From NCBI GenBank assembly GCA_022822405.1, contig JAJEBT010000066.1:25464-89463 (forward strand): a stretch of 64,000 nt of DNA. The letters are read 5' to 3'. How positions within the stretch are numbered: position 1 is the stretch's first letter; the number at the start of each line of letters is the position of its first letter. Of the stretch, positions 27,208 to 38,526 are shown in pieces. Made by a program: the position numbers and the translations under genes. Below the pieces are notes generated by a model. That model searched no databases, was not told the DNA's origin, and saw only the letters and a list, made by a program, of their open reading frames with translations. The DNA is from Alphaproteobacteria bacterium. GTDB lineage: Bacteria > Pseudomonadota > Alphaproteobacteria > MPNO01 > UBA830.

Positions 27208-27980
27208 GCGTCGCCGCCATGATCGCCGGATGCGGTCGCTGGTCCGTCGCTGCGCGCGTTGTCCATGAGGCGCCGCATGTGTCCGACGGCATCCTCGATC
27301 CCCACGAAAATCGCCTCGCCGATCAGGAAGTGCCCGATGTTGAGCTCGACAATCGTCGGGATGGCGGCGATGGCCGATACCGTCTCGAAACCCAGCCCGT
27401 GGCCGGCGTGGCACTCGATACCGGTCGCTTCGGCATGTGCCGCTGCCGCCGCGATGCGGTCGAGTTCGCGCTCGCGCGCTTCGCCGGTCGCCTCGCAGTA
27501 GGCGCCGACGTGAAGTTCGACGACCGGGCAGCCCAGCGCGGCGGCGGCATCTATCTGTTCGGTCACCGGTTCGATGAACAGCGACACGCGGATGCCGGCG
27601 CCCGCCAGGCCGTTGACGATCGGCGCCAGCTGATTGTGTTTGCCGGCGGCGTCGAGGCCGCCTTCGGTGGTGCGTTCCTCCCGTTTCTCGGGAACGATGC
27701 AGGCGGCGTGGGGGAGGTGCTGCAGCGCGATCCTGAGCATCTCGTCGGTCGCCGCCATCTCAAGGTTCAGGGGCAGGTCGCTGCCGCGGGTCAGGCGAAG
27801 GATATCATCGTCCGTGATGTGCCGGCGATCCTCGCGGAGATGAGCGGTAATGCCGTCGGCTCCGGCCCGGGCTGCGGCCTCGGCCGCGCGCAATGGATCG
27901 GGATGGACGCCGCCGCGGGCATTCCGGACGGTGGCGACATGGTCGATATTGACGCCGAGTCTCAGCGGACGCACGGTCAT
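27204..27980 (-). CDS. pdxJ: pyridoxine 5'-phosphate synthase
   Basis: The ATG at 27980 gives [23 protein letters not shown]...[12 protein letters not shown], the PdxJ signature. Confidence 0.9.
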   Translation of the reverse strand: MTVRPLRLGVNIDHVATVRNARGGVHPDPLRAAEAAARAGADGITAHLREDRRHITDDDILRLTRGSDLPLNLEMAATDEMLRIALQHLPHAACIVPEKREERTTEGGLDAAGKHNQLAPIVNGLAGAGIRVSLFIEPVTEQIDAAAALGCPVVELHVGAYCEATGEARERELDRIAAAAAHAEATGIECHAGHGLGFETVSAIAAIPTIVELNIGHFLIGEAIFVGIEDAVGHMRRLMDNARSDGPATASGDHGGDA

Positions 27981-28038
27981 CGTTCGCCCTGTTCCGAGCG
28001 CGCCGCCGCCGGCCGAAGAGCGTGTGGCAGCAGCCATG

Positions 28039-30174
28039 TCAACTCTGGGCCAGCTCTACGGATGACACGTCGGACGCCGTGCGCAGAGCGGCGACGATGT
28101 CGCTGACGCGGCGCGCGTCCTCGACCTCGAAATCGATGGTCATCTGGTAAAAGTCCCGGGACCGGCCGGTGATCTTGAGATTGGTGATGTTGCCGTCCTG
28201 GCGCGCGATCAGCGTGGTGAGTTCGCCGAGAGCGCCGCGGCGGTTGGCCACCACCAGATCGAGTCGTCCGGCGTGATGGTCGGATGGCGCCGGCCCGAGG
28301 TCCCATGCGACATCGACCCATCGCTCCGGCATCTCGGTAAAGTTCGCGAGCGCCGAGCAGTCGCGGGTGTGGATCGAGATTCCCTGTCCCGGTATGACGA
28401 TCCCCATGATCTGCTCCCCGGGCATGGGATCGCAGCAGTTCGCGTAATGGACCGCCATGCCCGGCGTGAGTCCGCGGATCGGGATGACCGCCGCGCCGTT
28501 CCGCCCGTCGCCGGCCTCTGTCCTGCGGCGCGGCTTGCGGTCGGCAAGGAGCTGCGGCGGGATCATGGCCTTGACGACGTGCGCCGCGGCGATGTCGCCC
28601 CGGCCCACGGCCTCGACCAGCATGTCAACGCTGTCGAGATCGAAGCGTGCCAGAACCTCCTTCGTTATCTGGTCCGGCGGCGCGCCCGTGGAGGTGCGGA
28701 ACTCCCGGTCGAGCATGGCGCGTCCGAGCTGCGCGAACTCGTCGCGCTGGGTGTTCCTCACGTGGCGGCGGATGCGCGCGCGCGCCTTGCCCGTCACCAC
28801 CCACTGCTCCCAGGTCGGCGACGGCGCGCCTCCCTTGATGGTCAGTATCTCGACCTGATCGCCGTTGGCGAGCTCGGTGCGCAACGGCAGCATCCTGCCG
28901 TTGATCCTGGCGCCGATGCAGCAGTCGCCGATCTCGGAATGCACCGCATAGGCAAAATCCACGGGCGTGGCGCCCTGCGGAAGCGAGATGATGTCACCCG
29001 TCGGGGTGAAGCAGAACACCTGGTCGGGATAGAGCTCGAGGCGCGTGTTTTCGAGGAACTCGTCGGGACTGCCTGCGCTGTCGAGGATGTCGAGAAGCTT
29101 GTGCACCCAGTGATAGTGCTTGCCTTCGATCAGTGCGGCGCCGAACTTGTACTGCCAGTGGGCGGCAACGCCGAACTCGGCTATCCGATTCATCTGAGTG
29201 GTGCGGATCTGGATCTCGATGCGGTGCAGCTCTGGACCGATGACCGCGGTGTGCAGCGACTGGTAGCCGTTCTTCTTCGGGGTCGAGATGTAGTCGTCGA
29301 ATTCGCCGGGGATCACACGGTACTCGGAGTGTATCCTCCCGAGCACCCGGTAGCAGTCCTCGACCGACGCGACCACGACGCGAAACGCGATGATGTCGGT
29401 CAGGCGCTCGAAGCGCACGTTCTTGCGCTGCATCTTGCGCCATATCGAAACCGGTCTCTTGATGCGCCCCGACACCCCGGCGTCGATTTCGGAATCGGCG
29501 AGAATCCGGTCGATTTCCCCCGCGATCCTGTCGACGACGTCTCCGGCCTGCCGCTGCAGGAAATCGAGGCGGCTGACAATCGATTCGCTGGCGTCGGGAT
29601 GGATCTCGCGAAACGCGAGATCCTCAAGCTCTTCCTTGATCTCCTGTATGCCCATGCCGGCGGCCAGCGGCACGTAGATGTCCATGGTCTCGCGCGCGAT
29701 GCGGCTCCGCTTTTCCGGCGAGCCGACATGCTCCAGCGTGCGCATGTTGTGGAGCCGGTCGGCGAGCTTGACGAGCAGCACGCGGATGTCCTTGGAGATC
29801 GCCAGCAGGAGCTTCTGGAAGTTTTCCGCCTGCCCGCTGGCATTGGGCCTGAGCTCGAGTTCCGAAAGCTTCGTGACCCCGTCGACGAGCCGGGCGACCT
29901 CGGCGCCGAACAGGCCGCGGATCTGCGCGACGGTGGCAGCCGTGTCCTCGACCGTGTCATGCAGCAGCGCCGTGACGATGGATTCGGTATCGAGCCGGTA
30001 TTCCGTGAGAATTCGCGCGACTTCGAGCGGATGCAGGAAATACGGCTCACCCGAGGCACGCTTCTGGGCACCGTGGACCTCCATCGAGAAGTCGTAGGCC
30101 CGCGCCAGCATCTCTTCGTCCGCGTACGGGTCGTAGCCGCGGACGCGCTCGATCAGTTCCTGCTGTTCCATCAT
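28039..30174 (-). CDS. spoT: bifunctional (p)ppGpp synthetase/hydrolase (RelA/SpoT homologue)
   Basis: 711 aa with an HD hydrolase motif (HPLEVARIL...HDTVEDT), a synthetase domain, TGS and a C-terminal ACT. Confidence 0.9.
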   Translation of the reverse strand: MMEQQELIERVRGYDPYADEEMLARAYDFSMEVHGAQKRASGEPYFLHPLEVARILTEYRLDTESIVTALLHDTVEDTAATVAQIRGLFGAEVARLVDGVTKLSELELRPNASGQAENFQKLLLAISKDIRVLLVKLADRLHNMRTLEHVGSPEKRSRIARETMDIYVPLAAGMGIQEIKEELEDLAFREIHPDASESIVSRLDFLQRQAGDVVDRIAGEIDRILADSEIDAGVSGRIKRPVSIWRKMQRKNVRFERLTDIIAFRVVVASVEDCYRVLGRIHSEYRVIPGEFDDYISTPKKNGYQSLHTAVIGPELHRIEIQIRTTQMNRIAEFGVAAHWQYKFGAALIEGKHYHWVHKLLDILDSAGSPDEFLENTRLELYPDQVFCFTPTGDIISLPQGATPVDFAYAVHSEIGDCCIGARINGRMLPLRTELANGDQVEILTIKGGAPSPTWEQWVVTGKARARIRRHVRNTQRDEFAQLGRAMLDREFRTSTGAPPDQITKEVLARFDLDSVDMLVEAVGRGDIAAAHVVKAMIPPQLLADRKPRRRTEAGDGRNGAAVIPIRGLTPGMAVHYANCCDPMPGEQIMGIVIPGQGISIHTRDCSALANFTEMPERWVDVAWDLGPAPSDHHAGRLDLVVANRRGALGELTTLIARQDGNITNLKITGRSRDFYQMTIDFEVEDARRVSDIVAALRTASDVSSVELAQS

Positions 30175-30261
30175 GGCGGCAACCTGCAGTCCGGCGGCCG
30201 ATCCGGTCGTTGCCCGGGGGAAGGGGAGTATCGGAACTCCGGGTCGGGATTTCCGCGCCCG

Positions 30262-30726
30262 CTACTCTTCCCCTTCGAGATCCTCCTCCGGGACGTCCTC
30301 GAAACCGCCGACCGGCTCCGACCAGGACTCCTCGAGTTCAGGCTCGAGTTCATCTCCGTCTTCTTCATCCTCATCGTCGGAGAGCGCCTCGTCGTGGAAC
30401 GAGACGATGGCGTCGTCCTCTTCGGGCAGGAGAACCGGCATGCCGAGCGGCGTGGTCGCCTTGTCGAACTCGCTCTCTTCCTCGACCGGTTCGTCGGGAT
30501 CCGAATAGTCCTGCAGCGTCGCGATCATCGAATCCTGCAAGTCGTCCAGTTCGATTGTCTCCTCCGCGATCTCGCGCAGGGCGACCACGGGGTTCTTGTC
30601 GTTGTCGCGCTCGACAGTCAGATCGGAGTTGACCGAGATCATGCGGGCCCGGTGCGCAGCCATCATCACCAGCCGGAAGCGGTTGGGTACCATCAGAATG
30701 CAGTCTTCGACTGTTACGCGAGCCAT
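30262..30726 (-). CDS. rpoZ: DNA-directed RNA polymerase subunit omega with long acidic C-terminal tail
   Basis: The ATG at 30726 gives [28 protein letters not shown]..., the canonical omega N-terminus. The last 70 or so residues are Asp/Glu-rich. Confidence 0.85.
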   Translation of the reverse strand: MARVTVEDCILMVPNRFRLVMMAAHRARMISVNSDLTVERDNDKNPVVALREIAEETIELDDLQDSMIATLQDYSDPDEPVEEESEFDKATTPLGMPVLLPEEDDAIVSFHDEALSDDEDEEDGDELEPELEESWSEPVGGFEDVPEEDLEGEE

Positions 30727-30830
30727 TGGCGGGTTTCTCCAGTTTCGGCCAAGCCGGTATGCCGCCAATATAGGCGGATACGGCCGATCAAGGCAAGTTG
30801 TGGTTCCGGGCGGTCCCGCACCCGGCTGCG

Positions 30831-31373
30831 TCAGCAGGGCCGGCAGATCTGGTCTCCGGGCAGCTGGCGGACGAGGTCGTCGATGCCGCGCCCGTCCGCC
30901 GGGTGGCGCCAGTCCGGCGCGATCTCCCGCAGCGGCAGCAGCACGAAGGCCCGCTCTCTCATGCGCGGATGCGGCACCAGCGGCGGGCTCCCGAAATCGC
31001 GCACGAGGTCGTGATAGGCGAGAAGATCGAGATCGAGGGTTCGGGCCGCGTTGGCGACGGACCGGGTCCGGCCGAACATTGCCTCGATATCGTGCAGGAC
31101 CGCGAGCAGTTCCTGCGGGTCGCGCGACGTCGCCACCGCAGCGACGCCATTGACGAAATCCGGCTGGTCGGAGGCCGGGACGGGTGCGCTCGCGTACCAT
31201 CGCGAGCGGCGTTCGACCGTGATGTCCCGCTGTTCGAGTTCCGCGAGCGCCGCCATGCAGAGCTCCTTCGGCGGCCCGGCCTCGGGGTGTGAAAGGTTGG
31301 AACCGATACCGATCAGGATCACCGATTCGCCTCGAATCCCGTCCGGGTACTTGCTTCGCGAGGAGAAGGCCAT
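30831..31373 (-). CDS. folK: 2-amino-4-hydroxy-6-hydroxymethyldihydropteridine diphosphokinase
   Basis: The HPPK pattern is present: ILIGIGSNL...F.N........P.ELL..L..IE...GR.R...N..RTLDLDLL...PHPRM..R.FVL.PL.EI. Confidence 0.8.
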   Translation of the reverse strand: MAFSSRSKYPDGIRGESVILIGIGSNLSHPEAGPPKELCMAALAELEQRDITVERRSRWYASAPVPASDQPDFVNGVAAVATSRDPQELLAVLHDIEAMFGRTRSVANAARTLDLDLLAYHDLVRDFGSPPLVPHPRMRERAFVLLPLREIAPDWRHPADGRGIDDLVRQLPGDQICRPC

Positions 31374-31452
31374 ATATTGAGTTCAAACTCCGTTCCAGGC
31401 CGTTGTCAACTCACCGCCTGCGGAATATTGCAACCGGAAGACCCAGAGGGAT

Positions 31453-32115
31453 ATGATGCACTTCAATCCTGAAGAACGCGTGGCGCTGTTCATTGACGGT
31501 CCAAATCTATATTCGGCAGCCCGGGCCCTTGGTTTTGATATTGACTACAAGAATTTGCTTGAGCTTTTTCGAAACGAAGGCCGTCTTGTTCGTGCCTTTT
31601 ACTACACGGCGCTCGCAGAAGACCAGGAATATTCCCCAATCCGACCGCTTGTCGACTGGCTTGACTATAACGGCTACACGATGGTCACCAAGCCGATCAA
31701 GGAGCATATCGATGATATGGGGCGCCGCAAGGTCAAGGGCAACATGGACATCGAACTGGCCATCGACATGCTGGAAATGGCGCAGCACATCGACCACGCG
31801 GTGCTGTTCTCCGGCGACGGCGACTTCCGCCGCCTCGTCGAGGCGGTGCAGCGCCGTGGCGTGAGGGTCACCGTCATCAGCACCTTCCGGTCCCATCCGC
31901 CGATTGCCGCCGACGAGTTGCGCCGGCAGGCGGACATCTTCGTTGAGTTGCAGGAGATCGCCCCCCGGATCGCCCGCGAGGGGCGCCGCCCGACGGACGA
32001 CAACGCCCACTACGCGGAACGGCGGCATGTGCGGATGCCGACACCCGGCAATCCCGATCCTGATCCCGACCCCGACTCCGATCTGGACGCCGCGGACCTT
32101 CTCGAAGACGCCTGA
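31453..32115 (+). CDS. NYN-domain (LabA/DUF88-like) protein
   Basis: VALFIDGPNLY...KGNMDIELAIDMLEMA...VLFSGDGDFRRLVEAVQRRG are the NYN/LabA motifs. The C-terminal tail is Pro/Asp-rich. Confidence 0.75.
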   Translation: MMHFNPEERVALFIDGPNLYSAARALGFDIDYKNLLELFRNEGRLVRAFYYTALAEDQEYSPIRPLVDWLDYNGYTMVTKPIKEHIDDMGRRKVKGNMDIELAIDMLEMAQHIDHAVLFSGDGDFRRLVEAVQRRGVRVTVISTFRSHPPIAADELRRQADIFVELQEIAPRIAREGRRPTDDNAHYAERRHVRMPTPGNPDPDPDPDSDLDAADLLEDA

Positions 32116-32117
32116 CA

Positions 32118-32780
32118 TTGCCGCAGGATCCCGAAGGGCCGGCCGGACCGCCGCCCGACTGCGCGCTCTGTCCGCGCCTCGCCGGCTTCCGCGCCGAGAA
32201 TGCCGCCGCGTTTCCTGACTGGCACAACGCGCCCGTCCCGTCGTTCGGCGAGCTCTCCGCCGCGCTCCTGATCGTCGGCCTCGCTCCCGGCCTCCGGGGC
32301 GCCAATCGGACCGGGCGCCCGTTCACCGGCGACCATGCCGGTGACCTCCTCTTTCCGACCCTCGCGAAGTTCGGTTTCCTCGACGGGCGCTATGATCGAA
32401 GACCCGACGACGGGGTGGCGGCCGTCAATTGCCGGATCGCGAATGCGGTGCGCTGCGTGCCGCCGAAGAACCGGCCGACCGGAGCCGAGGCACGTGCCTG
32501 CCGGCCGTTTCTCGCGGACGAGATCGAGGCCATGACGGGGTTGAGCGTGATACTCGCGCTGGGGCGGACGGCGCACGACGCAATCCTGTCGGCGCTCGGC
32601 GAACGAAGGGCAGACCATCGCTTTGCCCACGGGGCCATGCACGGGCTCGGCGGCGGCCTCGTTCTGGCCGACAGCTATCACTGCTCGCGCTACAACACCA
32701 ACACGGGCGTGCTCACGGTCGAGATGTTCGAGTCCGTGTTTCGCGCGATCGTCCGCCATCTCGGCGGCGCTGAGGGATAG
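32118..32780 (+). CDS. uracil-DNA glycosylase superfamily protein (family 4/5-like)
   Basis: TTG start. Motifs CPRL...LLIVGLAPGLRGANRTGRPFTGD...HCSRYNTNTG match the thermostable UDG/UdgB-type pattern. Confidence 0.7.
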   Translation: MPQDPEGPAGPPPDCALCPRLAGFRAENAAAFPDWHNAPVPSFGELSAALLIVGLAPGLRGANRTGRPFTGDHAGDLLFPTLAKFGFLDGRYDRRPDDGVAAVNCRIANAVRCVPPKNRPTGAEARACRPFLADEIEAMTGLSVILALGRTAHDAILSALGERRADHRFAHGAMHGLGGGLVLADSYHCSRYNTNTGVLTVEMFESVFRAIVRHLGGAEG

Positions 32781-32803
32781 GCGGCCGCAGGAACAGCCCG
32801 GCG

Positions 32804-33280
32804 CTACCCCTTGTTCCGGAGCATGCGCGCCTTCTGGCGTTCCCAGTCCCGCTTCTTCTCGCTCTCGCGCTTGTCGTAACGGTGCTTGCCGCGGCACACG
32901 CCGAGCTCAAGCTTCGCGATGCCGCGGCCGTTGAAATAGAGGTTGAGCGGCACCAGCGTCATCCCCTGGCGGTCGGCGGCGCCGGCCAGTTTCGAGATCT
33001 CCCGTTTCTTCAGGAGGAGCTTTCGTCGGCGTTCGGGCTCGTGGTTCATGCGGCCCGCCTGCTGGTAGGCCGGGATGTGGGCGTTCAGGAGCCAGATCTC
33101 GCCCTGCTCCGGCCTCGCGTAGGCGTCGGCAATGTTGGCCCGGCCCTCGCGCAGGGCCTTGACTTCGCTTCCGGTGAGAACCAGCCCAGCCTCGATCGAC
33201 TCTTCGACATGGTAGGCGTGGCGTGCCTTGCGGTTACGGGCGACGAAGTGCCGGGTCTCGGTGTCGGCTCGGGCCATCAA
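32804..33280 (-). CDS. smpB: SsrA-binding protein
   Basis: [35 protein letters not shown]...LLLKKREI...GMTLVPL is the canonical SmpB sequence. Confidence 0.9.
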   Translation of the reverse strand: MMARADTETRHFVARNRKARHAYHVEESIEAGLVLTGSEVKALREGRANIADAYARPEQGEIWLLNAHIPAYQQAGRMNHEPERRRKLLLKKREISKLAGAADRQGMTLVPLNLYFNGRGIAKLELGVCRGKHRYDKRESEKKRDWERQKARMLRNKG

Positions 33281-33287
33281 GAGGCCG

Positions 33288-34160
33288 TCAGTTCAGGAGC
33301 CCCGCGTGCCGCATCGCCTTCTCGACCCTGGCCCGGGACTCGGCGCTGATAGACACCAGGGGCAGCCGCAGCTCGTCGGCGCACTTCCCGAGCAGGCTGG
33401 CTGCGTACTTGGCCGGCGCCGGGTTGGATTCGCAGAACAGTTCGACATGCAATGGCGTCAGGCGCTCGTTGATCTGCTGCGCCTGCCTGACATCGCCGGC
33501 CTGCCACGCGCCGTGCATTTCCGACATCAGCTTGGGCGCGACGTTCGCGGTGACGGAAATGCATCCGTCGCCGCCTTGGGCGAGGAAGCCGATCTGCGTG
33601 ACATCTTCCCCCGACAGCTGGCAGAAATCCTCGCCGCAGGCCGTGCGCTGCTCGGTCGCGCGGCCGACCGCGGCCGTGGCATCCTTCACGCCTATGACGT
33701 TTTCGAGCCGGGCGCAGCGGGCCATCGTTTCGACCGACATGTCGATCACGGAACGGCCGGGGATGTTGTAAATGATCAGCGGCAGGCCAACCTGATTCAG
33801 GGCCTCGAAATGACGGTACAGCCCTTCCTGCGTCGGTTTGTTGTAGTAGGGGGTCACGATCAGCGCTGCGTCGGCGCCGGCATCCTTGGCGTGGCGCGTG
33901 AGGTCGAGTGCCTCGGCTGTGGAATTCGACCCGGCACCGGCGATCACCGGCACCCGCCGGTCGGCGACCTCGATGCAAAGCTCGACGACACGCTTGTGCT
34001 CCGCGTGGTCGAGCGTCGGCGACTCGCCGGTGGTGCCGACGGGCACGAGCCCGTGGGTCCCCTCGCTGATCTGCCAGTCGACGAACGCGCTGTATGCGGC
34101 CTCGTCGAGGTCGCCGCCGCGAAACGGGGTTATGAGCGCGCAGATGGAACCGCTGAACAT
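33288..34160 (-). CDS. dapA: 4-hydroxy-tetrahydrodipicolinate synthase
   Basis: [13 protein letters not shown]...[14 protein letters not shown]...[10 protein letters not shown]...[11 protein letters not shown] is the DapA signature. Confidence 0.9.
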   Translation of the reverse strand: MFSGSICALITPFRGGDLDEAAYSAFVDWQISEGTHGLVPVGTTGESPTLDHAEHKRVVELCIEVADRRVPVIAGAGSNSTAEALDLTRHAKDAGADAALIVTPYYNKPTQEGLYRHFEALNQVGLPLIIYNIPGRSVIDMSVETMARCARLENVIGVKDATAAVGRATEQRTACGEDFCQLSGEDVTQIGFLAQGGDGCISVTANVAPKLMSEMHGAWQAGDVRQAQQINERLTPLHVELFCESNPAPAKYAASLLGKCADELRLPLVSISAESRARVEKAMRHAGLLN

Positions 34161-34296
34161 CGCCGCCTCCCTGAAGATGCCTGATGACCGCGGGGAAACT
34201 TACAGCGGCGGTTGCCGGGGAGCAACAGCGCTCCGCGATGCCGCCATTCGCCCCGATCCCGCGGTACCGGCCCCGCGGCTCGGCCGGGCCGTCGGC

Positions 34297-35520
34297 TCAG
34301 CGCAGGCGCCGCGCGAATTCTGGCGGCAGGTATTCCGGCCTGAAACCGTTCCAGCCGCGGTCGGTCGCAGCCTTCGCGTCCCTGATCCGGGCATGGAACA
34401 CGACCTCGTTGCCGGGAGCAACCTCCTTCAGGACGATCGAGCCGATGCCCTGCGGAGGGAATTCGACACGGGCGCCCGCCGGCGTGTGGCACAGCCCGGT
34501 GCAGGCCAGGAACCGGTTGCCCGACGGGGTCTCGCACACGCCGCTCACGTAATGGGAATAGGGCAGGTCCCGGCCGCCGTACCGCCAGGTCTCGCGGGCG
34601 GCCATTCCGCGTTCGTCGATCGAATAGGCGAGCCCGAAGCTCTCCCGTTCCTCGATAGGCTGTTCGGGGGCTGGCGGGATGACGCCCGCGGTACCGTTGT
34701 CGAACAGCATCAGATCGCCGCCCGCCGTGAAGCTGAGGTCGTGCTGGTGGTAGAACGGCCTGCCACCTTCGAGGGCGAGGAGCCTGTCCCTGCAGTTTCC
34801 TTCCCAGCCCCGCGGATCGCCGAGAATCCAGACCAGTTCGCCTTCGAGCGACAGCTTCGCCACGCAGTCCTGGTGGCGGAGCGACAGGAGGACGCAGCCG
34901 TCCCGCGGGTCGGCGATCGCGCAGTTGCCGTGCGTCCGGTCCCGGGTCTTCGGCCACCCCTGGCTCGGCCAGTAGGGCATGGCGTCGCCGTGGCTCTTGC
35001 GGCTGCCATCAAGAACATCGGCAAGGCAGAACTCGGTCGTGATCGTACCGTCGCCGGCGAAGACGACCACCGTGTCCGCGATGAAGTGGGTCCAGTCCGC
35101 GTCGGGGTCGGGCAGCGGGCGCTGTTCGATCGACAGCGAGAGATAGCGGTCGTGCTCGATCTCGCAGATTGTGTGATGGATCTTCTCCGTCGCTAGCGGC
35201 GTTCCGTCGAGCCCGCCCGGGAAGCGCGGGGCGCAGTACCACTGGCGGAGAAGCCGGCCGTCGAAGCCGATCTCCGCGGCCCGTCCGTCCGCGCCCATGA
35301 CCAGAAGCGTCTCCTGAAGCGACAGACGGCAATCCATCAGCCCGAACCCGAACCGGCGATGCCACACGATCTCGCCCGCCCGGTCGATGGCGATGATCGC
35401 CTCCATGTCGCTGGTCTTGTTGATCGACCGCGTGTTGCGTCCGACCGTCAGCAGGATGACGCCGTCGTCGCGGCGGGCGGGGTCGATCTCGAGGATCTCG
35501 ATTTCCGGCAGATCCGTCAT
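34297..35520 (-). CDS. aryl-sulfate sulfotransferase (ASST)-like beta-propeller protein
   Basis: 407 aa with the pieces ...IIAIDRAGEIVW...HHTICEI...THGNCIA-like and ...YHQHDLSF...LFDNG. The family assignment comes from overall pattern only. Confidence 0.4.
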   Translation of the reverse strand: MTDLPEIEILEIDPARRDDGVILLTVGRNTRSINKTSDMEAIIAIDRAGEIVWHRRFGFGLMDCRLSLQETLLVMGADGRAAEIGFDGRLLRQWYCAPRFPGGLDGTPLATEKIHHTICEIEHDRYLSLSIEQRPLPDPDADWTHFIADTVVVFAGDGTITTEFCLADVLDGSRKSHGDAMPYWPSQGWPKTRDRTHGNCAIADPRDGCVLLSLRHQDCVAKLSLEGELVWILGDPRGWEGNCRDRLLALEGGRPFYHQHDLSFTAGGDLMLFDNGTAGVIPPAPEQPIEERESFGLAYSIDERGMAARETWRYGGRDLPYSHYVSGVCETPSGNRFLACTGLCHTPAGARVEFPPQGIGSIVLKEVAPGNEVVFHARIRDAKAATDRGWNGFRPEYLPPEFARRLR

Positions 35521-35718
35521 CGCCGCTCCATCCCATGCGGCTCCGCGAACGTTCCGCGGAACAGCACCGGTCGCCTCGGAGCCGCCTTTGCGATCCGGGT
35601 GGTGTCGCGCATGCGCCGAACCTTCAGCAATATCCGCGTCAGGTCAACCGCACGCCGCCGGCCCGCGAGCTATAATGCCTGGCGGAAACGGACCGGCGCT
35701 TGAGCAAGGGAGACGGGC

Positions 35719-36486
35719 ATGACTGTCGAGGGCAACGGGTCGGGCGTCGCGTTCATCACCGGCGGCGGCGGCGGAATCGGCGGCGCGACGGCGCGGCTTC
35801 TGGCGTCGGACGGCATCGCGGTCGCGGTCGCCGACGTCAGCCCGGACCTTGCGGATGAGACCGCGGCGACGATCGGCGCCGACGGCGGACGGGCGCTGGC
35901 GGTCCGGCTCGACGTCACCGACCGGGAATCGGTCGCGCGGGCGGTCCGCACGGTCGGGGAGGAACTCGGTCCGGTCGACCGGCTCGTCAATGCCGCCGGA
36001 ATCTTCGACTGGGCGGCGATGGAGGACATCGACGACGATGCCTTCGAGGCCATGTTCCGCGTCCATGTCTTCGGCATGCACGCCGTCTGCCGCGCGGTGG
36101 TGCCCGGCATGGTCGCCCGCGGCCGCGGCGCCGTCGTCAACATCACGTCGATTCACGCCATTCGGGGACAGGCGAACGCCGTCCACTATGCCTCTGCCAA
36201 GGGCGCGATCCTGTCTTACACCAAGGCGCTGGCGCGCGAGAAGGCGCCTCATGGCGTCCGGGTCAATGCGGTTGCGCCCGGTCCCATCGACACGCCGATG
36301 CTGCGCGGCGGCATGGACGAGGACGAGGCGGAACGGAGATTCACCGAGCGCGTGAAGATCATCCCCGCCGGCCGCCTTGGGACCCCCGGGGAGATCGCCT
36401 CGGGAATAGCCTTCCTGCTGTCGCCGTCCGCCAGCTATCTCACGGGCCACGTCATGACCATCGACGGCGGCGAAGTGATGAACTGA
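35719..36486 (+). CDS. SDR family oxidoreductase
   Basis: TGGGGGIGGA cofactor motif, NAAG, and the catalytic YASAKGA (YxxxK). Confidence 0.85.
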   Translation: MTVEGNGSGVAFITGGGGGIGGATARLLASDGIAVAVADVSPDLADETAATIGADGGRALAVRLDVTDRESVARAVRTVGEELGPVDRLVNAAGIFDWAAMEDIDDDAFEAMFRVHVFGMHAVCRAVVPGMVARGRGAVVNITSIHAIRGQANAVHYASAKGAILSYTKALAREKAPHGVRVNAVAPGPIDTPMLRGGMDEDEAERRFTERVKIIPAGRLGTPGEIASGIAFLLSPSASYLTGHVMTIDGGEVMN

Positions 36487-36525
36487 CCGCGGCGCGAACG
36501 GCCCCGCGCGTCGGCGCCGCCCGCG

Positions 36526-37293
36526 TCAATGCACGGTCTGGCCGCCGTCGACCACCATCGAGGTGCCGTGAACGTAGGAGGCGGCGTCGGAGGCAAGGAA
36601 CGCGATCACGTCGGCGATCTCCCGGCAGTCGGCGAGACGGCCGAGCAGCGCCATGTCCTCGACGGCAGCGCCGTCGACCAACCCTGAGTCGATATATCCC
36701 TTGACCCGCGGCGACAGCGTCGCTCCGGGGCAGACCGCGTTGACGCGGATGTCCTCCCTGCCGTAATCGACCGCGAGCTGGCGCGTCAGCGAGAGCACGC
36801 CACCCTTGGCGGCGCAGTAGACCGGCATCCCGGGGTGGCCGATGATGCCGAACGTCGACGCGACATTGACGATGGAGGCGGTGCCGGGGGCCGCCTTGAG
36901 GAGCGGCAGGAAGGCCCGGCACATGTAGTAGACGCTGGACAGGTCGATGGCGAGAATCCGCTGCCAGTCCTCCTCGCCGAGATCCTCGAGCTTGCTGACG
37001 AAATTGGTCCCGGCGTTGTTGATCACTGCCTTGACGTGGCCGTGGCTGCCGGCGACGGCGGCGGCAAGCGCATCCACCTGTTCGCGGTCGGCGACGTCGG
37101 TGACGTGGCCCTCGCACGGCGCGCCGGCCGCAGTGAGCATCTCTTCGGTCCTGTGCACGTTCTCCGCCGTCTTGGAGGCGATGATGACATGGGCGCCGAG
37201 TTCGGCCAGAACCTCGCAGCAGGCCTGTCCGATGCCCTGGCCGCCGCCGGTGACGACCACGGGGGCGCCGCCGAAGCGCAGTCGGTCCAGCAT
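36526..37293 (-). CDS. SDR family oxidoreductase
   Basis: TGGGQGIGQA, NNAG and YCAAKGG (YxxxK). It is the last gene of a tightly packed five-gene minus-strand block. Confidence 0.85.
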   Translation of the reverse strand: MLDRLRFGGAPVVVTGGGQGIGQACCEVLAELGAHVIIASKTAENVHRTEEMLTAAGAPCEGHVTDVADREQVDALAAAVAGSHGHVKAVINNAGTNFVSKLEDLGEEDWQRILAIDLSSVYYMCRAFLPLLKAAPGTASIVNVASTFGIIGHPGMPVYCAAKGGVLSLTRQLAVDYGREDIRVNAVCPGATLSPRVKGYIDSGLVDGAAVEDMALLGRLADCREIADVIAFLASDAASYVHGTSMVVDGGQTVH

Positions 37294-37318
37294 TCCGGTT
37301 CTCCTTCCCTCGGGCGGT

Positions 37319-38485
37319 TCAGGCGCCGGCGGGCGCCAGCTCGGTTCGCGTTTCCCGGGTGTCCTGCCCGGCGGCTATGCCGTAGAACCGCGCCGGGTTG
37401 TCATACAGGATCTTCCGGCGCTGCTCCGGGGCAATGTCCGTGCGTTCCCCGAGATCCTCGCCGGAGCCTTCCCTGGCTTCGAGGTGAGGCATGTCTTCCG
37501 AGACCAGGATGTTGTCCTCGCCGAGATAGTCGATGACCTGCGGCAGCAGACGTTCACCGGCCTCGCAGGTGGTATAGATCCTGTCCTTGTAGGATTCGGG
37601 ACTCTTCGACGTTATGGGCTCGAAGCCGAAGGATTTGCGGAAGAATTCGGCGACCGGATAGTAGTGATCCATGCGTTCGAGATACCACGGGATCCAGCCC
37701 GCGCCGCCCTCGAGGAAGATGACGCGGAGGTCGGGGTGGCGATCGAGAATGCCGCCGCCGGCGAAGGAATAGAAGCCGATCAGCAGCGGCAGCGTGAACG
37801 AGACGTTGAGCGACGACGAATGCTCGTCGCACAGGTCGCGGAGCGGGCCCGGCCAGCCGACATGCACGGCGATCGGCAGGCCGCACTCCGCGGCGGCGGC
37901 CCACACGCGCTCGTATCTCGGGTCGTGGAGCGGGGTGTTGTCGACGGTGCCGTAGCACATCAGGGCGACGGCGCCGGCGTCCTTCGCGCGCCGCACTTCA
38001 GCCTCAGCGGCATCCGGGTCCCTGAGCGGCAGGGACGCGGCCCATTTCAGGCGGTCCGGGGCCTCGGCGCAGCGCTTGCTGATCCATCTGTTGTAGCTGA
38101 TCTCCAGGGCTGCCTGGAACTCGTCGTCATCGGTGAGGGGGACGAACAGCAGTGTGGGATAGATCACCTGCACGTCGACTCCGGCGCGGTCGAGATCCGC
38201 GAGCCGTGCGGGAACGTCCATCAGCGACTGGTTGCCGATGGAGAATTCCTTCATGCCGGCATGCACCGAACTCAGCGGGCAGCCGATCTGGACCGTGCCC
38301 GGCCCCCAGGTCCACTGGACCGCCTTTCCGTCGACCAGCCAGAAGGAGTTGTCGACTCCCATGTAGGGCGCGTCGCTTGGCGGTATCGTGATCGGCAGCG
38401 GCCGCCGGTGCATGAACTTCGCGGGCAGGTAGTCCCAGGTCTCCTCGACCTCGTACACGTGGGAATCGGCATCGATATAGGGCAT
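37319..38485 (-). CDS. amidohydrolase-2 (ACMSD/LigW-like) family protein
   Basis: The ATG at 38485 gives MPYIDADSHVYE... (metal-binding DxH entry). It also has ...IAVHVGW... and ...FLEGGAGWIPWYLERMD, as in the amidohydrolase_2 hydratase/decarboxylase family. Confidence 0.7.
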   Translation of the reverse strand: MPYIDADSHVYEVEETWDYLPAKFMHRRPLPITIPPSDAPYMGVDNSFWLVDGKAVQWTWGPGTVQIGCPLSSVHAGMKEFSIGNQSLMDVPARLADLDRAGVDVQVIYPTLLFVPLTDDDEFQAALEISYNRWISKRCAEAPDRLKWAASLPLRDPDAAEAEVRRAKDAGAVALMCYGTVDNTPLHDPRYERVWAAAAECGLPIAVHVGWPGPLRDLCDEHSSSLNVSFTLPLLIGFYSFAGGGILDRHPDLRVIFLEGGAGWIPWYLERMDHYYPVAEFFRKSFGFEPITSKSPESYKDRIYTTCEAGERLLPQVIDYLGEDNILVSEDMPHLEAREGSGEDLGERTDIAPEQRRKILYDNPARFYGIAAGQDTRETRTELAPAGA

Positions 38486-38526
38486 GGTCTGTCGTCCCCT
38501 GTTTTCGGCCGGATGCGGCCGGTTGC

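Noticed and set aside
28273-31014. 913-aa plus-strand ORF
   Set aside because: It is antisense to spoT/rsh, rpoZ and folK, all unambiguous. It has a low-complexity Arg/Gly/Asp composition and no motifs.
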